Below, in pieces: positions 1 to 8,292 of a DNA stretch of 39,649 nt. The translations under genes were made by a program, and so were the position numbers. A model generated the notes under the pieces. That model was given only the letters and a program-made list of their open reading frames with translations. It was not told the DNA's origin and ran no database searches. Source of the DNA: a virus (lineage: Duplodnaviria > Caudoviricetes); IMG/VR virus record IMGVR_UViG_3300038797_000106, positions 1 to 39,649 of that record; one strand, written 5' to 3'. How positions within the stretch are numbered: the stretch's first letter is position 1; the number at the start of each line of letters is the position of its first letter.

Positions 1-306
1 TCAGCACCCCCACCCTGGCGTTCTGCCAACGATGATCCGGCCAGGCTCATCACTCCCCATCCCCTCCCACGATTCGTACTTGAACAGGCCGATGTGATAA
101 GCCTCTTCGAACTCCATCAGCCCCCAGGCCCTCGCCGCCTCGGACAGTTCCAACATGTCGACCAGGTTCTCGGCGCTGACCTCTCGGCGCCGATGGGCGG
201 CATAGGCCATCTCATCGAGCACGGCAGCGCGCCCGTCCGGATCGGTGATCAGGGCGAACTGGTCGTTCAGCTCATCCAGCCAGGCCTGCGGTATCCCGGC
301 CATCAT
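1..306 (-). CDS. Hypothetical protein, second gene of a LexA-boxed operon
   Basis: Acidic helical ORF ([15 protein letters not shown]...). ATG overlaps the stop of the upstream gene (ATGATG at 301-306). Confidence 0.7.
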   Translation of the reverse strand: MMAGIPQAWLDELNDQFALITDPDGRAAVLDEMAYAAHRRREVSAENLVDMLELSEAARAWGLMEFEEAYHIGLFKYESWEGMGSDEPGRIIVGRTPGWGC

Positions 307-596
307 TCTGCCCTGCACCACCACGACTGCGCGTACCGCACGCCGTCGATGTCCTCAACCCCATTGATGTTGATGCCGAGCTGGGCCATGCCGTTGACCT
401 TGGCATCGTGAAGGCGCGGGATTATGTCGGGGCCAGGAGTCGGGTTGAACACCCAGGCTTGAGTCGCGACCCGGCCCAGTGGCTCACTGTGATTGTCGCC
501 GATGTGGATGTCTGCCCGAAGTGGCTGGACCTTCCTAAGCTGATCTGACGGAATGGCTACGCCCTTGACGCGTCGCCGAACGAGGAGGAAATACAT
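303..596 (-). CDS. Hypothetical protein (MYFLLVRRR...[10 protein letters not shown]), probably SOS-inducible
   Basis: ATG at 596 with GGTG upstream, 10 bp from a near-consensus LexA box. Confidence 0.75.
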   Translation of the reverse strand: MYFLLVRRRVKGVAIPSDQLRKVQPLRADIHIGDNHSEPLGRVATQAWVFNPTPGPDIIPRLHDAKVNGMAQLGININGVEDIDGVRYAQSWWCRAE

Positions 597-606
597 AACG
601 CACCAA

Positions 607-626
607 TACTGTATATCTATACAGTA
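607..626. promoter_or_regulatory. LexA (SOS) box
   Basis: TACTGTATATCTATACAGTA = CTG-N10-CAG, near the gammaproteobacterial consensus. Confidence 0.9.
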
Positions 627-662
627 TCGTATCCACCCAGACAGCACCTGGGCAACTGCCGG

Positions 663-1178
663 TCAGCGGTTCGACTTAATCCCATCGACCACAGCCTCAC
701 AGGCCAGCCCAGCTATTCGGCTTCGCTCAAGCGCTGCTGCGCAGCTGCCCGCCATTCGGTCAGACTCTTCAAGCAATCCCCCGAGCACCACGACGGCAGA
801 GGTTCCTGCCTGGCGCTGCTGGGTAGCGATGGTGTCGCAGGTGGCTCGGTGGCCGTCCCGCAGTCGCTTGATTTCCCCGCGCAGCCCGCCAGCAGCAAAC
901 TCAGCATCAGCGGCGCGGCCTTGGGCCAGCTCCAGTTTCTGTCGTGCACTCTCGCCCTCCTCGTCCGCCACGGCCTGGCGGCGCCGTTCTTCGGTTCTGC
1001 TCTGAGCCGCGGCGCGCCGGTCGCGCTCGGCCACCTGCACGCGGTAGTCGGCCAGATCGCCTCGCGCTGTGCTGGCTTCGCCCTGGGCAACCACCACCCG
1101 GTACTGCTGCCCACCGGCAACCAGCACCAGAGCGATCAGCCACCAGCACCAGGTCGGTACCGCGCCGAGCCAGGTCAT
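663..1178 (-). CDS. Rz: Rz-like inner-membrane spanin (DUF2514-like)
   Basis: N-terminal TM segment (WCWWLIALVLVAGG) followed by an Ala/Arg/Glu coiled coil. ATG overlaps the endolysin stop. Confidence 0.85.
   Translation of the reverse strand: MTWLGAVPTWCWWLIALVLVAGGQQYRVVVAQGEASTARGDLADYRVQVAERDRRAAAQSRTEERRRQAVADEEGESARQKLELAQGRAADAEFAAGGLRGEIKRLRDGHRATCDTIATQQRQAGTSAVVVLGGLLEESDRMAGSCAAALERSRIAGLACEAVVDGIKSNR
713..949 (-). CDS. Rz1: Rz1-like outer-membrane lipoprotein spanin, fully embedded in Rz in another frame
   Basis: GTG at 949 preceded by GAGGAGG. Lipobox LLLAG-C, then a Pro-rich segment. Confidence 0.8.
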   Translation of the reverse strand: MHDRNWSWPKAAPLMLSLLLAGCAGKSSDCGTATEPPATPSLPSSARQEPLPSWCSGDCLKSLTEWRAAAQQRLSEAE

Positions 1179-1663
1179 GCCAGCACCCCGCCGAGCTTCT
1201 GCCACTGAGCCAGCAGCTTTTCCAGGCGGTGTGGGTTCTGCCCATAGGTATTGCCCGGGAAGCTGGCCCAGATGTTCGAACACTTGGTGATCGCCTGCTC
1301 GATGCGGCCTGCCTTGATGTCGTCCAAGGCCTTGCGTTCGCGGATCTGCTGCAGGGTGATGCGGTCCTGGTTCTCCGGCGTGAATCCGCCCGCCAGGCGC
1401 AGGCTGGCCCGGTATGCATCCCAGTAACGCTCCAGCAGCTGATACCGGCCAGCGGCAGTGCTGGTGACCGGCTTGCCGTTGATGGGGAATGTCAACTTGC
1501 GCCGCGGGTGATCAGCATAGCCCTTGAACAGGCCGCCGCCATACAGCACGTTGTAGCCGTCGTCGCTGCTCCTGACGGTCGAGGTGCCTTCCGAGAATGC
1601 GATCAGATCCAGGAACCGGAGCACGTTCGCACCTCCGGCCTGGGTGTCGGTGAGTCTGGCCAT
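1175..1663 (-). CDS. Endolysin, lambda R-like lytic transglycosylase (GH104)
   Basis: Motifs FLDLIAFSEGT, DDGYNVLYGG, STAAGRYQLL, WASFPG. Confidence 0.93.
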   Translation of the reverse strand: MARLTDTQAGGANVLRFLDLIAFSEGTSTVRSSDDGYNVLYGGGLFKGYADHPRRKLTFPINGKPVTSTAAGRYQLLERYWDAYRASLRLAGGFTPENQDRITLQQIRERKALDDIKAGRIEQAITKCSNIWASFPGNTYGQNPHRLEKLLAQWQKLGGVLA

Positions 1664-1675
1664 GAGATTTCCTAT

Positions 1676-1704
1676 GGGAAAAAAGAAGCCCGCGCTGGGC
1701 GGGC
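1676..1704 (-). terminator. Intrinsic terminator-like hairpin
   Basis: GCCCGC-ccagc-GCGGGC followed by TTCTTTTTT on the minus strand. Confidence 0.65.
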
Positions 1705-1736
1705 ATAGTGACCTACAACAACTTGGGTACAAGCCG

Positions 1737-2048
1737 TTAGTCTGGCTTTGGATATCTATCCTTCACCGCTTGAAGTTTGGCCGCCATTTCGGTTGGGAAA
1801 ACTCCCGCTTGAAACAAAGCATCAAGCTGGTCGCCAATCGAAGGATATTCACATCTTCGGAGGTCGTAATAGTTGTCAGAAAGAAACGCTCTTCCGGTTG
1901 ACGTGTAACTAACTTCCGCATCTATTTCGCGAACGCCATCAGGGATTGGGTTGGTTTCCTCCATCTCACCATGCTCATTCAGAGCAATGCAATGATCCCA
2001 ATCCCCGATATTGACTAGCGCACCATCCGAGTCTACATAGACCTTCAT
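1737..2048 (-). CDS. Tail fibre/spike-associated small protein (assembly chaperone-like)
   Basis: Coupled to the tailspike stop. C-terminal YPSIGDQLDAL...KDRYPKP motif is typical of small genes after phage fibres. Confidence 0.6.
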   Translation of the reverse strand: MKVYVDSDGALVNIGDWDHCIALNEHGEMEETNPIPDGVREIDAEVSYTSTGRAFLSDNYYDLRRCEYPSIGDQLDALFQAGVFPTEMAAKLQAVKDRYPKPD

Positions 2049-3868
2049 AGCTGTACCCACCCTGTGTTACCGGTGCCGGTGTCTTTGTGATAAACCTTCC
2101 CGTTGTCGGACATAGCAAATGATCCAGGAGGCGCCTGCGTCACACCTTCAGGATTGCCAACAGCGTCGTAGATCGCTTTGGACAAACCAACTCCAAGCCT
2201 TGGAGCCCTAAGAGCTCCCACCCCCTGGCTATACGAAAGCGAGATAGTCCCACCTGCCCTGCTCAGCATGGGCGCAGTGCTATCAGGGCCGAATACCAAT
2301 TGGCCAGACCCGTTCACATAGCCCAGGACCACGCCATCTTCAGTCCTCGCCCACTCCAAGAGCCTTTGCGTCGCGATCCCCCGGAACGAAGTAGGCGCGG
2401 CTCTGCAGCCTCCATCCCAGTTGATGACGATGGTTGCCTTCCTTTCCGATTGATCATCAACAGGCGTCGTTACGCTGCCGACCGCGACGTGATAGCCCTC
2501 AACGGTGGTATACGGCAGAGATCCAGTAACCTTGACGAACGAAGCCATGTTGCCGCCAAGATTGATAATCTCCTTTACATGACATTGCTTAATGCTTGTG
2601 GAAATGATTGGAACGTTAGGCACACCGTCGACCAGGTTGTGCATAACGTTATCAAAACCAACCATTGCGGCCTGGCCGCTCAGGTTAACTACGCCTAACG
2701 GGGCATAGCTCGCTTCAAGATAGAGGCCGTAAAACTTGATCGCGTATCCATCTCGGATGTCGATCATGTATTGATCGCCACCTGAATATTGGGCAGTGGT
2801 GTTGAAGAAATTGATTACCGATGGCTGTCCACCCGTCTGCGGCAGCAGTATTGCCTCCTTCTCACAGCCGGTGATGTAAAGGCCATAGGTTGCAAACGCG
2901 TTGGCTTCAGATCCAATCTGGAGGCCTTGATAACAGTCCCAGATCTCTATCCCATAGAGGTTGTTGCACCACGAGTTTACGGTCAGCGCAGGTCCCGCCC
3001 CGACACCACGGATCCGAACATTTCGGAACTCGCAGGATTTGTCAGCATCCCCGCTGAGTCCGTCATTTACGATACCCCTGAGCACCAGGCCTCGGGTTGT
3101 CGAAGGGTTGCCAACGAGCTCAATATCTCGAAGCCCGATCCTTCGCTTATAGCTTGCCCCCGTTCCAATGGAAGATTGGTAGAGCGGATTGGAGTTGTAC
3201 GGGTTCTCGATTACCGTTTGCCCCATCTTGCCGTTACCCGAAATCACCTGGCCATCAGCGGTAGGAGCAATCGTTATGCCTGCGTAATAATGGATGCCTT
3301 CGCACATGAAGCTGCGCCCGGAGGCGAGCGCCTTGGCGAATGCCGTGGTTGAGTCGAACGGGGCTGGCTTCGCGCCGAAGTCCTCAACGCTGAGCATTTC
3401 GCTCAGCTTGTCCTGCAGGTCTCTAGGCTCAGCCCCTTCATAGCCGGCAGTAATGCCGATCATTGAACCGCCTACGCCGGATGCAAGGGTTTGGCGAAGG
3501 ACTGCATCGCCGACCGTTACGAACAAGGGTCCGTCAGCAGCCCATGAGCCCGTCGTAGTGAATGGCAGGCTAAGCGATGGGCCTGACCTCCAGTACTCAC
3601 CGTCTTTCGAAAAGACCTGGTTTGCTCGCTGAATGGCCAGAGGCGAATCAGCATCATAGTCGCCGATGTATTCGTAGCCAGAAGCCAGAAGGAAGTTCTG
3701 AAAATCAAGCTCCATGCCCTTCAGAGACTTACGCGCTTTTCCTTTCCGATCAATCCAAGTCGGAGCGTCTCCATTTACCGCGCGATCGAGGTTGGCGGAG
3801 TTATCAAAAAGGTCGCGCGGATCACTGGAGCCGTTCGGCTCAACTGGGTTTCCGGTGTTGTATGGCAT
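2045..3868 (-). CDS. Tailspike / receptor-binding protein with a predicted right-handed beta-helix (putative depolymerase)
   Basis: N-terminal anchor (YNTGNPVEPNGSSDPRDLFDN), beta-helix cap motif SVEDFGAK...DSTTAF, beta-rich body, position at the end of the tail module. Confidence 0.8.
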   Translation of the reverse strand: MPYNTGNPVEPNGSSDPRDLFDNSANLDRAVNGDAPTWIDRKGKARKSLKGMELDFQNFLLASGYEYIGDYDADSPLAIQRANQVFSKDGEYWRSGPSLSLPFTTTGSWAADGPLFVTVGDAVLRQTLASGVGGSMIGITAGYEGAEPRDLQDKLSEMLSVEDFGAKPAPFDSTTAFAKALASGRSFMCEGIHYYAGITIAPTADGQVISGNGKMGQTVIENPYNSNPLYQSSIGTGASYKRRIGLRDIELVGNPSTTRGLVLRGIVNDGLSGDADKSCEFRNVRIRGVGAGPALTVNSWCNNLYGIEIWDCYQGLQIGSEANAFATYGLYITGCEKEAILLPQTGGQPSVINFFNTTAQYSGGDQYMIDIRDGYAIKFYGLYLEASYAPLGVVNLSGQAAMVGFDNVMHNLVDGVPNVPIISTSIKQCHVKEIINLGGNMASFVKVTGSLPYTTVEGYHVAVGSVTTPVDDQSERKATIVINWDGGCRAAPTSFRGIATQRLLEWARTEDGVVLGYVNGSGQLVFGPDSTAPMLSRAGGTISLSYSQGVGALRAPRLGVGLSKAIYDAVGNPEGVTQAPPGSFAMSDNGKVYHKDTGTGNTGWVQL

Positions 3869-3884
3869 ATTTTCTCCGGGCATG

Positions 3885-3907
3885 AAAAAGCCCGCTCAAT
3901 GGCGGGC
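3885..3907 (-). terminator. Intrinsic terminator-like hairpin between the central tail gene and tailspike
   Basis: GCCCGC-cattga-GCGGGC-TTTTT on the minus strand. Confidence 0.65.
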
Positions 3908-3925
3908 ATGCTCGATAAAATCCGG

Positions 3926-6900
3926 TCAGTCCGGGAATAGGTCGTCGTAGGTGTAAACACGGGCGTCGTAGGGCATGCCCTTCATCGCCACGTTGCCATT
4001 GGCAGGATCTGAACTGGTGATCAGCACCGGGTAAGCCCAACGCCCAGCAGGACCGAACAGGATGTGAGGTGGCTCAAGCGGACCACTCACCAGCGGCGTG
4101 AAGTCGATTGCGTCGACCCTGGCGGTGTAGTCGTCCATTCGAGTAGCCACCCAAGGCCCTGAAAGCTCACCATCAAGCATCCGCAGCCCAAGCCAATGCT
4201 CACCGCCAGCACTGAAGTCCAGTGGTTCGGATGAGTGCAGATATGTCCCCGCTTCAGTGACTTGGAAGTCCAGCAGAATTGCGCTCTGGCATCGCTTCGG
4301 CGAGTCATCCGCCACTACGGCGAAGCCGAGATACCCGCTGTTCCGGCCGTCCATCTCGGTCTCCCAGGTGTAGGTATCCGTGCGAAACTTCTGGTGGCCA
4401 CGCCGGCGCATACCGAACCGCCAAGCTCTGGCTTCTTCACTGAAGCCTGGCATCTTGACCTTCTCGACCTTGAGTCCCTGGTCACCCGGCCATCGGCACG
4501 GCACCGTTTCCCAGGCCCACGTCTCACGCGAGAAATACTCCACGTCCACGCCATCGAAGTCGTTGATCGACGGCATGGGTCCGCTGATCTTGATCATCCT
4601 GGTCATGTTATGCGGCGAGTAGGTCTGGGTCTTCGGCCCGTAGCGGACGCCCTCATACATCGGCCTGGCCTGATCACGCACCGGGCGCAACAGACCCCTG
4701 AAGGCAACCAACTCGCCGAACCCGCACGCCAAGGCATTGTTGATCATGTCCTTGACGGTGATCGTCGAATCAAGGGTCTCGTCATAGGTGTCGCCACGGG
4801 CAACGCAGATATTGTGGAAGGCCTGCCACTCGGCAAGATCCAGGTCTTCATCGGTGTAGCCGCGCTGCTTCAGCTGGTAGATGCACCAAGGAACAATGTC
4901 GCGCGTTGGCCCCGTACCGCCCTCCATCAGCGGCAGGATTCGGGTGGCCTCGACGCTCACCTGGCTCTCGGACTGAGCCGAAAGCCTGTCGCCGCCCCGA
5001 ATTACGCAGGTCATCACAGTGATGCCCGCGTAGCTGATTGGCGAGTTCTGCATTTTCCCGCGCAGATCAGTCCAGGTCGCGTCGTCGCGTGCCTCGTCGT
5101 TTATTCGCCCTGGGCGGTCGACATACTGCTTGCGAATCCGGGCTTCAGCACGCATGGGGTACGGAAGCACAGCCCGTTCGGTGAATCCCTGGGCATCCAA
5201 AGAACCGCCTACGTTCATGACTTCGATTGGCGTGAACCCGCCAGCGACATCCATGTCCCGGTATTCGAATACGTAATAGGCCGGAATTTCGTATATCTGC
5301 CCTTCTCGACCTATGCCACATAGGCCGCTGGCATAGGTCACAGACCACTCGATTTCGGTGATCTTTTCGCCCTCTGGGCAGCAGGCGATCGGGCCACGGT
5401 AACCACCCTGCAGGTTTGAGGCGTCCAGCGTGATCAGGCCATTGACGGTCTGCATGCTGTTGAAGCCAGGCCAGGCAGTGTCGGCAGAACCCGAAGACGA
5501 CAGACGCTCAACCTCCACCAAGCTGCTGCTGTAGGTTGTGATCCGGTACCGCAGCCCGCGCGGGCCGATGGTAGCCAGGCCCTGACCAAGTGCCAGCCCT
5601 ACCACAGGCGAGCCGCCGTCGTAGTCCAGCGTCATCTCGGCGGGCTGCGCGGGCGTTCCCCCAGTGGTAGGCGTGCCCGTTACACCCACCGGAGCAGAAC
5701 CCAGCACCGTCGAGGCGCCGGACGCCGTTATAGGCATGCCGAAGAACGGGGTGAGCTCCACGAAGCGAACTCTGCCCGACGATTGCTGAGCCTGGATCGG
5801 GACTCCGGTGAGTTGCACATTCAGCGCGGAAACCAGGCCAGCCAGGTCGGTAGTCGCGGTGTTCAGCGTCACCGGGTAATTCGTACCCGCATGCGAAATT
5901 GTGAAGCCGAGAGGCGTGACATTGAAGTCGTACCGACTTGGCGCCGCGGAGCCCGTCAGCGTCGAAGCTGAGCCTGGATCCGCTGGAACGGCAGGAACGG
6001 CGGGCGTGAAGCTGTGCACCACGTACATGCCGGCGTTTGCCCCTGCCACCTCGATCAGCATGCCTGGGCTAGGGTTCAGCATTTCCAAGGGGCCACGGAT
6101 GATGTCCCGATCGGCTCCGCCGTCGACAACCTCGTAGCTGTACGGGGCCAGAGCCCGAATGATAATCCCACTGGCCCAATCTTCCGGGAACTGACCGGCG
6201 CCGGCAGGAACGCTGATCGTGTCGCCCACGAACTGATACGCCGATGCGGTGGCGGACCTTGTGAGATCCGTGGCCATGGTCAATTCGAGGCCAGATGATC
6301 CGCTCGAGCTTGCGCCAACTTCGGGGGCATTGAACCAGTTGATGTGGGCAGGATCGCTGGAAATATCAACGCCGGGCCCGTAAACGTTCACGACCGCGTC
6401 TGCGCCCAGTGAAATCAGCGGCGTCTCGCCGACCTTCCTTTTCGCGGCAGGAACGTCGTACTCACCCTCGCCGATGTAGAGCAGCATCTCCACCCGCTGG
6501 TCGCGGGGGCTGACGAAGAATCGACGTGGTTGAGACAGGTAGGCAGGGTACACCCGCTGGTGGCCGGCAATTTGCCGAACCGGATCACCCAGCTTCACCT
6601 TGTTGCCCTTGGCGCTAGCCTCCATCAAGGGGTCGCCTTGTTGCGACCCGGCATTGGACGGCATCCCCGGCATCTTCGGCATCAAAGCCTTCAGCGCCGC
6701 CTGGCCACCCTTGAATAGCGCGAAGGTGATAGAAACGGGGTCTGTACCCTTCGGCTCTCGATAGATTTGAAGCAGGTGCGATGGCTTAAATGTGACTTTG
6801 TGCCAGTCCTGCTGCTCGACCACCTCGTCATTGAGGACCACACTGATCGGGGGGCTTTCGCGACGCTCGTAAGACGGCGCCTCAGATTTCAGCCAGCTCT

Positions 6901-6979
6901 CGATGGTCATCTGTCGGTCAGTGGTCCAGACGCCCAACGGCGCCGTGTCACTCAGCTTGTTGGGGTAGAACTCGATCAC
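3926..6979 (-). CDS. Central tail tip / host specificity protein (TipJ-like)
   Basis: 1017 aa, last gene of the TMP - distal tail - DUF1833 - NlpC series. C-terminal YDARVYTYDD. Confidence 0.8.
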   Translation of the reverse strand: MIEFYPNKLSDTAPLGVWTTDRQMTIESWLKSEAPSYERRESPPISVVLNDEVVEQQDWHKVTFKPSHLLQIYREPKGTDPVSITFALFKGGQAALKALMPKMPGMPSNAGSQQGDPLMEASAKGNKVKLGDPVRQIAGHQRVYPAYLSQPRRFFVSPRDQRVEMLLYIGEGEYDVPAAKRKVGETPLISLGADAVVNVYGPGVDISSDPAHINWFNAPEVGASSSGSSGLELTMATDLTRSATASAYQFVGDTISVPAGAGQFPEDWASGIIIRALAPYSYEVVDGGADRDIIRGPLEMLNPSPGMLIEVAGANAGMYVVHSFTPAVPAVPADPGSASTLTGSAAPSRYDFNVTPLGFTISHAGTNYPVTLNTATTDLAGLVSALNVQLTGVPIQAQQSSGRVRFVELTPFFGMPITASGASTVLGSAPVGVTGTPTTGGTPAQPAEMTLDYDGGSPVVGLALGQGLATIGPRGLRYRITTYSSSLVEVERLSSSGSADTAWPGFNSMQTVNGLITLDASNLQGGYRGPIACCPEGEKITEIEWSVTYASGLCGIGREGQIYEIPAYYVFEYRDMDVAGGFTPIEVMNVGGSLDAQGFTERAVLPYPMRAEARIRKQYVDRPGRINDEARDDATWTDLRGKMQNSPISYAGITVMTCVIRGGDRLSAQSESQVSVEATRILPLMEGGTGPTRDIVPWCIYQLKQRGYTDEDLDLAEWQAFHNICVARGDTYDETLDSTITVKDMINNALACGFGELVAFRGLLRPVRDQARPMYEGVRYGPKTQTYSPHNMTRMIKISGPMPSINDFDGVDVEYFSRETWAWETVPCRWPGDQGLKVEKVKMPGFSEEARAWRFGMRRRGHQKFRTDTYTWETEMDGRNSGYLGFAVVADDSPKRCQSAILLDFQVTEAGTYLHSSEPLDFSAGGEHWLGLRMLDGELSGPWVATRMDDYTARVDAIDFTPLVSGPLEPPHILFGPAGRWAYPVLITSSDPANGNVAMKGMPYDARVYTYDDLFPD

Positions 6980-7352
6980 GGTAGTAGACCACCTTGGGGT
7001 GAGCGGCTTCGAAATCGCCGGTTGTCCGGAGGCAGGCGCCGCCGGGGTTAGTGTCGATCACCTTTAACCGCCCCTCGCTCATGATGACGGTACCGACATG
7101 GGTCAGGGCGTTGCCGCGAAGAACAGCAGCAATTGCACCTGGCTCTGGAGCGCACTCTTCCATCTCTTTGCGGAGATTGCGGTAGGCCCTGGTGTTTTCT
7201 CGAATCTTGTCCTTGCCCACACTACCAAGGGACGGCAGCCACGGAAGCCCAAACACGTCATGCCGGATAGCGCGGCACAACCCCCAACAATCGAAGGCAA
7301 TAGGCCCCCGTGCACCCTCGTGATATGGGGCACGCATAAATTTCTCAATCAT
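6948..7352 (-). CDS. Tail assembly protein, NlpC/P60-like (lambda gpK-like)
   Basis: RGPIAFDCWGL and HVG catalytic motifs. Confidence 0.85.
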   Translation of the reverse strand: MIEKFMRAPYHEGARGPIAFDCWGLCRAIRHDVFGLPWLPSLGSVGKDKIRENTRAYRNLRKEMEECAPEPGAIAAVLRGNALTHVGTVIMSEGRLKVIDTNPGGACLRTTGDFEAAHPKVVYYRDRVLPQQAE

Positions 7353-7354
7353 GG

Positions 7355-7834
7355 TCAGACGTACTTAAGGCCAGGTGCCCGGGTGGTGGTCAGGATGGTT
7401 CGTAGACCGTTGGTGTTGAGCAGGTCATAGAATCCAGCAGTGAGCCTGGCTACGTTGCCGTCGTAGTCGCGGCTGAGCAGCGTCATGCGATAACGCTCCT
7501 GCGGGAACGAAAGGTCTTCAGCCAAATAGATGCGGACGGTGATGATGAACCGGTGGTCAGCCGCTTTCGCGGCCTCAACGACCTCCTGCACCTCTCCGGT
7601 TACGTTATCCAGACCAAGCACCAGGCTCTGGAAAGCGCTGTTGTCGTTCTTCGGCAGGGCCAGATCCATGGCCATCGCGACGAACAGCATTGTGCGGCCA
7701 TCCTCGGTTGTGCAGACTCGATCCTCGTATCCCGAGCAGTAGAGGTGAGAGGTGGGGCTGCCCTCCTCACGGCCTTCAACAGTGACGACCAGCTCCCCCT
7801 TCCCCGAGGCGTAGCACTCCTCGATCAGGCTCAT
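7355..7834 (-). CDS. Minor tail protein (DUF1833-like)
   Basis: LDNVTGEV and IYLAEDLSFPQE motifs, synteny. Confidence 0.75.
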   Translation of the reverse strand: MSLIEECYASGKGELVVTVEGREEGSPTSHLYCSGYEDRVCTTEDGRTMLFVAMAMDLALPKNDNSAFQSLVLGLDNVTGEVQEVVEAAKAADHRFIITVRIYLAEDLSFPQERYRMTLLSRDYDGNVARLTAGFYDLLNTNGLRTILTTTRAPGLKYV

Positions 7835-8289
7835 GCTTCAGGCCACTCCTTGTTCACGGCCAAGTCGATGATGTTCATTCCAAACCAGAGCTCTGGGAAC
7901 AGCTCCCAGCCCTCCGGTATCAGCGGCTTGCGCTTCAGCATCAACCGGAACGAATATCGCCAAAATGAAAGCTGGACCAACGTCGGCCCGCTGTAGATCT
8001 GGCCAAATTGGACCTCATGCATTTCGACCGTGCCGTCGATCTGCAGCGGGCAGTTGAACCACTCAATCCCCTCATTGAGCACCCTCGAATACCAAGCCTC
8101 GAAGAACGCCTTCTGCTTCGCGTTGAAAATTAACGTCGCATTTACGTACAGAGGAACGCTGCGGTGCATGATCCTGGATCTGACACGTCCAGTTACCATG
8201 GGCGTCCTGGACACTGGGTCCTGGGTGTCAAGTGCATAGCCGTCCTGCAGCGGGATCGGCAGCTGTTTCGGATAATCGATGGAAGCCAT
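7831..8289 (-). CDS. Distal tail / minor tail protein
   Basis: Follows the TMP. YP..LPIPLQDGY, RTPMVTGRVRSR and FEAWY motifs. Confidence 0.7.
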   Translation of the reverse strand: MASIDYPKQLPIPLQDGYALDTQDPVSRTPMVTGRVRSRIMHRSVPLYVNATLIFNAKQKAFFEAWYSRVLNEGIEWFNCPLQIDGTVEMHEVQFGQIYSGPTLVQLSFWRYSFRLMLKRKPLIPEGWELFPELWFGMNIIDLAVNKEWPEA

Positions 8290-8292
8290 TGA

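Noticed and set aside
2045-6979. Possible invertible tail-fibre shufflon or diversity-generating retroelement served by the second recombinase
   Set aside because: No inverted repeats, duplicated fibre C-termini, TR/VR pair or reverse transcriptase were seen.
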